Shown piece after piece: positions 37,151-41,158 of a stretch of 41,158 nucleotides of DNA. A model generated the notes under the pieces. The model did no database searches. It was not told the DNA's origin and saw only the letters and a program-made list of their open reading frames with translations. The translations under genes and the position numbers were made by a program. Each line of letters begins with the position of its first letter. Position 1 is the first letter of the stretch. The stretch covers positions 1 to 41,158 of the forward strand of contig JBIOJT010000001.1 of assembly GCA_044451055.1 (NCBI GenBank), given 5' to 3'. This DNA comes from Candidatus Methylomirabilales bacterium (GTDB taxonomy: Bacteria > Methylomirabilota > Methylomirabilia > Methylomirabilales > 2-02-FULL-66-22).

Positions 37151-37319
37151 TCTGGCCGCCTAGGAGGTTTCGGCATGGGGCGGGGGAGAAGCCTATCCCT
37201 CTCTTACCGAACGGATCCTCGCTCCAGGAGGTGACGCCAGGAAAGGGCGCGCGCCAGGGCGGGCCGAGTTACCCTGGGTGCGGTGAAGCTCGAATGTCCT
37301 GTCGCAAAGGAAGGGAAAA

Positions 37320-38213
37320 CTAGGCCGGGTTAGCATTTGCGGAATTCGATGCGGTCTGTCCCTTCTCTCGCCGGCAGCGTTCATCGAGGTAAGTGTACCA
37401 GCGAGACATCCCCTGACCCGTCCGAGCTGACACTTCGAGGATCGTGGCCGCAGGAGCGACCCGGCGGATGTTCCGGAGGGCCGCGTCGCGGTCGAAGCCG
37501 ACGGCCTCGGCGATGTCCATCTTGTTCACCACGACCACCTGGGCGGTCCTGAACATGACGGGGTACTTCAGGGGCTTGTCCTCCCCCTCGGTAACCGACA
37601 ACAGCACCACGCGCAAGTCCTCTCCCAGATCATACGAGGCAGGGCAGACCAGGTTTCCCACGTTCTCAATGACAAGAACATCCAGAGTGTCGAGGGGCAG
37701 CTGCTCCATCGCCCGGGCCACCATCTCTGCCTCGAGGTGGCAGACGTTTCCCGTGGTGATCTGCACGGTCGGGACCCCCCGAGCGCGCAACCGCTTCGCA
37801 TCGTTGTCGGTCTCGAGGTCTCCCGCGATCACGCCGGCGTGCAGGCGATCCCCGAGGTCCGTGACTGTTCGCTCGATGAACGCGGTCTTGCCGGAGCCCG
37901 GGGAAGACAGCACGTTCAGCACGAGGAGGTGCTTCGCCTTGAAGTAGCCCCGGTTCCGCTCGGCCAGTCGATCGTTCTTGTCCAGGATCGCCTGGTGGAC
38001 GGGCACGGTGCGCCGGTCGCCCTCGTGCACGTCCTCATGCGGATGAGGGTGGGGATGGGGATGGTCGTGCGGATGGGCGTGATCATGGTCACCACCCCCT
38101 TGGTGCCCGTGGCTGGGGGGCTGCAATCCGGCCAGGCCCGCCGAGTCGTGCGGGTCCGGCCTTCCGTCAATGCGAACCTCTCCGACGATATTGCATCCGC
38201 AATCCTTACACAC
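37320..38213 (-). CDS. hypB: Hydrogenase nickel incorporation GTPase HypB with a His-rich linker
   Basis: GTG start gives MCKDCGC (canonical CxxCGC). His/Pro-rich tract. GSGKT P-loop, [13 protein letters not shown]. The track ORF extends to 38300 without support. Confidence 0.95.
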   Translation of the reverse strand: MCKDCGCNIVGEVRIDGRPDPHDSAGLAGLQPPSHGHQGGGDHDHAHPHDHPHPHPHPHEDVHEGDRRTVPVHQAILDKNDRLAERNRGYFKAKHLLVLNVLSSPGSGKTAFIERTVTDLGDRLHAGVIAGDLETDNDAKRLRARGVPTVQITTGNVCHLEAEMVARAMEQLPLDTLDVLVIENVGNLVCPASYDLGEDLRVVLLSVTEGEDKPLKYPVMFRTAQVVVVNKMDIAEAVGFDRDAALRNIRRVAPAATILEVSARTGQGMSRWYTYLDERCRREKGQTASNSANANPA

Positions 38214-38215
38214 GG

Positions 38216-38557
38216 CTAGGATACCTCCAGAGATGCCAGTTCGAGTTCCCGTCCCTGGTGCACCTCCGCGCTGGGGTTGTGGCACCGGGGACACTCGCAA
38301 AAGAGGTCATCCGGCTGAAACTCGAGGCGGCATGTCGCGCAGTAACAGATGATCGGGATGTGTTGCACCTCGAGCGTCGCGCCTTCCGCAATCGTCCCTC
38401 GCGTCAGCACATCGAAGGCGAATTCCAGGGCCTCAGGGACCACCCCGGACAGTGGACCGATGCGCATCGTCAACCGGTGGATCCGGCCTGCCCTCTCCTG
38501 AGCCGCCTGCTTCAAGGCAATGGCCAGCGTATTCTCCATTATGCCGACTTCGTGCAT
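38216..38557 (-). CDS. hypA: Hydrogenase nickel insertion protein HypA
   Basis: 113 aa. MHE N-terminus and CATC...CPRC zinc site. The stop lies 2 nt before the hypB start. Confidence 0.95.
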   Translation of the reverse strand: MHEVGIMENTLAIALKQAAQERAGRIHRLTMRIGPLSGVVPEALEFAFDVLTRGTIAEGATLEVQHIPIICYCATCRLEFQPDDLFCECPRCHNPSAEVHQGRELELASLEVS

Positions 38558-38988
38558 GCTGTCCGAGCCCTAACGCTATGGCCCACCATTGCGCCTGCCT
38601 GGACCGAGGGAAGGATCGGAGGGCCGGGGCCCGAACAGGCGCAACCTGGCAGTCACAGCCTATCACGGTAAGATGTTTTAAGATGGCCGTCTCTGGTGAG
38701 AGTGTCAAGGGGAAACTCCCGGGTGATATGCGTCGCCAGACCCTTGCACGGCCCTCGCTTGGGACGAACGCGGGTTTTGTCTTGACACGCCAGTGGCATT
38801 TCGGGCATACCCTCGTGGGCTGATGGAAACGCGTGAAGGGGGCGAGGAGCCGATGAAACTGGGACACGCGGTCTACGGTATCAAGCAAGCATGGCGCCGT
38901 GGCCCTCGTGAGTTCGCGATCACGCACGCCTGAACCCGCCCTCCTCATCGGCCACTCGACCGTGCGTCTTTCCGGGAGGAAGCGCCAC

Positions 38989-40125
38989 GTGAAGCTCACA
39001 GATTTGCACACCTACCTGGTGGACACCAAGGGCCTCATCAAGTGGGTGTTTGTGAAACTCACGACCGATGAAGGCATCGTGGGCTACGGCGAGGCGGGCA
39101 ACGCCTTTCGCGAGCGGGCCCAGGCCGCCGCCATCCAGGAGCTGAAACCCTTGGTGGTGGGCCGGGATCCGTTCGAGATCCGGGCGCTTTGGAGCCACGC
39201 CTACAAATCGCGCCTGGACGTGCGCGGCCCCAGCTCGCTCCACGTCTCTGCCCTCGGCGCCATCGAATTCGCCATGTGGGACATCGTGGGCAAGGCGCTC
39301 AACGCCCCGGTGTACAACCTGCTGGGCGGGAAGTGCCGGGACACGGTCCGCGCCTACCTTCACGCCCAGGTCTGGGGCGGCGAGGTGGAGCCGGGGCCGG
39401 AGGTGTACGTTCAGCTGGCGCGTGAACGGGTGGCCGAGGGATTCTCCGCCATCAAGTTCGACCCCTTCTGGTTCGCCGCGCCCAGCGATGCCAACATCGG
39501 TCGGGACGAGCTGCGGCGCGTGGTGAAGATCGTGAGCGCCGTGCGCAAGGCGGTGGGCGACGACGTGGACATGGGGATCGAGTTCCACGCCAAGTTCAAC
39601 ACGCCCGCCGCCATCCGGATCGGGCTGGCGCTGGAGGAGTTCGACCCCTTCTTCATCGAGGAACCCACCGGCTCCGAGGACCTGGACGCGCTGCGGATGG
39701 TGACAGACAGCCTGAAGGCTCCTGTCGCCTCCGGAGAGCGGTTGGTCACCCGATACGCATTTAAGCCGATGATCGATCGGCACGCCGTGGACATCCTCCA
39801 GGTCGACCCCGGCCGGGCCGGGGGCTTGCTGGAGAGCCGGATCGTGGCCGACATGGCGGAGGTGGCCTTCATGCCCGTGATTGTGCACCAGCCCTATGGC
39901 CCGGTCTACGACGCCATGGCAGTGCAGCTCGCCGCGATGATCCCCAATTTGCTGGCCGTGGAGTGGCCCAAGTACTACTATCCGGTGGTGCCGTCCGATT
40001 TGCGGTTCCGGCTCGTCAAGGAGCCCCTGGTCGTGGAGAACGGCCACGTGCGCGTGCCTACGGCCCCGGGCCTGGGTGTGGAACTGGACGAGGCGGAGGT
40101 GGAAAAGTATCGGCTCGAGCCCTAA
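38989..40125 (+). CDS. Enolase-superfamily enzyme (mandelate racemase / acid-sugar dehydratase-like)
   Basis: 378 aa from a GTG at 38989 (GGGAGGA upstream). GYGEA, ...AMWDIVGKAL..PVYNLLGG..., DVDMGIEFH, FIEEP, ASGERL metal-ligand pattern. The track ORF begins at 38899. Confidence 0.85.
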   Translation: MKLTDLHTYLVDTKGLIKWVFVKLTTDEGIVGYGEAGNAFRERAQAAAIQELKPLVVGRDPFEIRALWSHAYKSRLDVRGPSSLHVSALGAIEFAMWDIVGKALNAPVYNLLGGKCRDTVRAYLHAQVWGGEVEPGPEVYVQLARERVAEGFSAIKFDPFWFAAPSDANIGRDELRRVVKIVSAVRKAVGDDVDMGIEFHAKFNTPAAIRIGLALEEFDPFFIEEPTGSEDLDALRMVTDSLKAPVASGERLVTRYAFKPMIDRHAVDILQVDPGRAGGLLESRIVADMAEVAFMPVIVHQPYGPVYDAMAVQLAAMIPNLLAVEWPKYYYPVVPSDLRFRLVKEPLVVENGHVRVPTAPGLGVELDEAEVEKYRLEP

Positions 40126-40448
40126 TCGTGGCCCCGCGCGCATCCATGACCCGCCATGTGGGGGACACTGGCCCTCTGTCAATCTATCCCCTGCCCAATC
40201 AGAACCGAGCGGATCGGCGGACCTCTCGCGCGATCCCTCGCTCCGGGCCGACCGGCATACAGTTCTGATCGCATCCGGTCCACCGCGTCACTTCGGCGCC
40301 GGCCAATCCCTCTCTATTGACAGGCCAACGGGCCAGGCATAGCTTCTCGCCGGAACGGTCCGGGCCCGGCGGACTCGTTTCGAGCTGAGAGCCGCGGCAG
40401 CTTTCGCCAGGCAATCCAGCTTTTCCCTCTCGGAGACGGCAGCCCGAG

Positions 40449-41126
40449 ATGCAGAAGAGATTCTACTCCCTGCTCCTTCTTCCGGGATTCTTTCTCATCA
40501 TGGCGGGCTGCTCGCTTGTCTCCGCTCCGTTCAAGGGCGCCAAGGGGGCGGTCACGGGGGGGGTCTGGGTGGTGAAGACCACCTACGAGGTCACCGCCGG
40601 AACGACCAGGGTGATCTATCGGATTGGGGAATTCACCTATGAGGTTGTGAAAGCCCCGATCGGCTGGGCGCTGACCCACGAGGAGATTGAGAGCATCGAT
40701 GGGCTTCCGGCGAAGGAGGCCATCCGACAGGGCCGGGTGAAGGCATCCCCATATGTGGTCAGAGGGAAGACGTACGTCCCCATGCCGGCGGAAGCGGCCC
40801 AGCGGTATCGGGAGGAAGGCATCGCCTCGTGGTACGGGTACGAGAGCGGCCGCATGACCGCAACCGGCGAGGCATTCAATCCGAACGGGTTGACGGCCGC
40901 CCACAAGTACCTCCCCATCCCCATGTTCGTGCAGGTGACAAACATGGAGAACAGCAAGTCCATCATTGTGCGGGTCAATGACCGGGGACCGTTCCCGAGC
41001 GATCAGAATCCGAAGTCAGGCGACCGGATCATCGACCTCAGCATGGGAGCCGCCAAGCGCCTTGGGTTCTATGCCAAGGGCACGACGATGGTGCGGGTCG
41101 AGGCGATCCAAGTGAAGGAGGAGTGA
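40449..41126 (+). CDS. rlpA: Septal ring lytic transglycosylase RlpA-family lipoprotein
   Basis: Lipoprotein signal with lipobox (LIMAGC). DPBB domain: GIASWYG...MTATGEAFNPNGLTAAHKYLPIPMFVQVTNMENSKSIIVRVNDRGPF. Confidence 0.85.
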   Translation: MQKRFYSLLLLPGFFLIMAGCSLVSAPFKGAKGAVTGGVWVVKTTYEVTAGTTRVIYRIGEFTYEVVKAPIGWALTHEEIESIDGLPAKEAIRQGRVKASPYVVRGKTYVPMPAEAAQRYREEGIASWYGYESGRMTATGEAFNPNGLTAAHKYLPIPMFVQVTNMENSKSIIVRVNDRGPFPSDQNPKSGDRIIDLSMGAAKRLGFYAKGTTMVRVEAIQVKEE

Positions 41127-41158
41127 ATAGAAGAGTTGGGGGCAGGGGGACGGGGAGC

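Noticed and set aside
40171-40325. Nested 8-10-nt inverted repeats (GCC..TGTCAAT/ATTGACAGGC and ATCAGAAC/GTTCTGAT) in the enolase-rlpA intergenic region
   Set aside because: The arms are short and the loops very asymmetric. This is compatible with chance in a 323-nt spacer, and no recognisable riboswitch or terminator architecture is present.

Overview
GC-rich bacterial chromosomal segment. I recognised no rRNA, tRNA, CRISPR array, transposase or integrase. Three blocks are visible. (1) 0.2-10.4 kb, + strand: an operon-like catabolic cluster of unknown substrate. It holds two SDRs, an MBL-fold lactonase-like hydrolase, a TRAP transporter (DctP plus fused DctQM), a TIM-barrel isomerase, a cyclase-family protein, a PdxA-family dehydrogenase and a beta-hydroxyacid dehydrogenase. 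It shows signs of decay or sequence error: a frameshift, an odd in-frame fusion and a permease relic. (2) 10.6-11.6 kb: an ECF sigma factor with a small soluble zinc-type anti-sigma factor. (3) 11.7-38.6 kb: a hydrogenase supercluster bracketed by a split hyp set (hypFCDE on the left, hypAB on the right). It contains two diverged Mvh-type cytoplasmic [NiFe] hydrogenase modules. Module 1 is a classical hdrCBA-mvhDGA operon followed by two maturation endopeptidases and a flavin-reductase-like gene. Module 2 is hdrA-mvhD-mvhG-mvhA followed by a short QmoA/HdrA-like flavoprotein, a 98-aa winged-helix-like protein and a QmoC-like ferredoxin/cytochrome-b membrane protein. This places a membrane, probably quinone-linked, module where HdrBC normally sits. 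I consider module 2 the most interesting candidate system, but its large subunit carries a 1-nt frameshift as sequenced. The right flank has an enolase-superfamily dehydratase and an RlpA lipoprotein. Other items are a perfect CRP/FNR-type palindrome upstream of hdrC, a ~2-kb ORF-poor stretch (16.5-18.5 kb) and AT-rich palindromes near the left end. All calls come from reading the supplied translations and sequence by eye; no database search was run.
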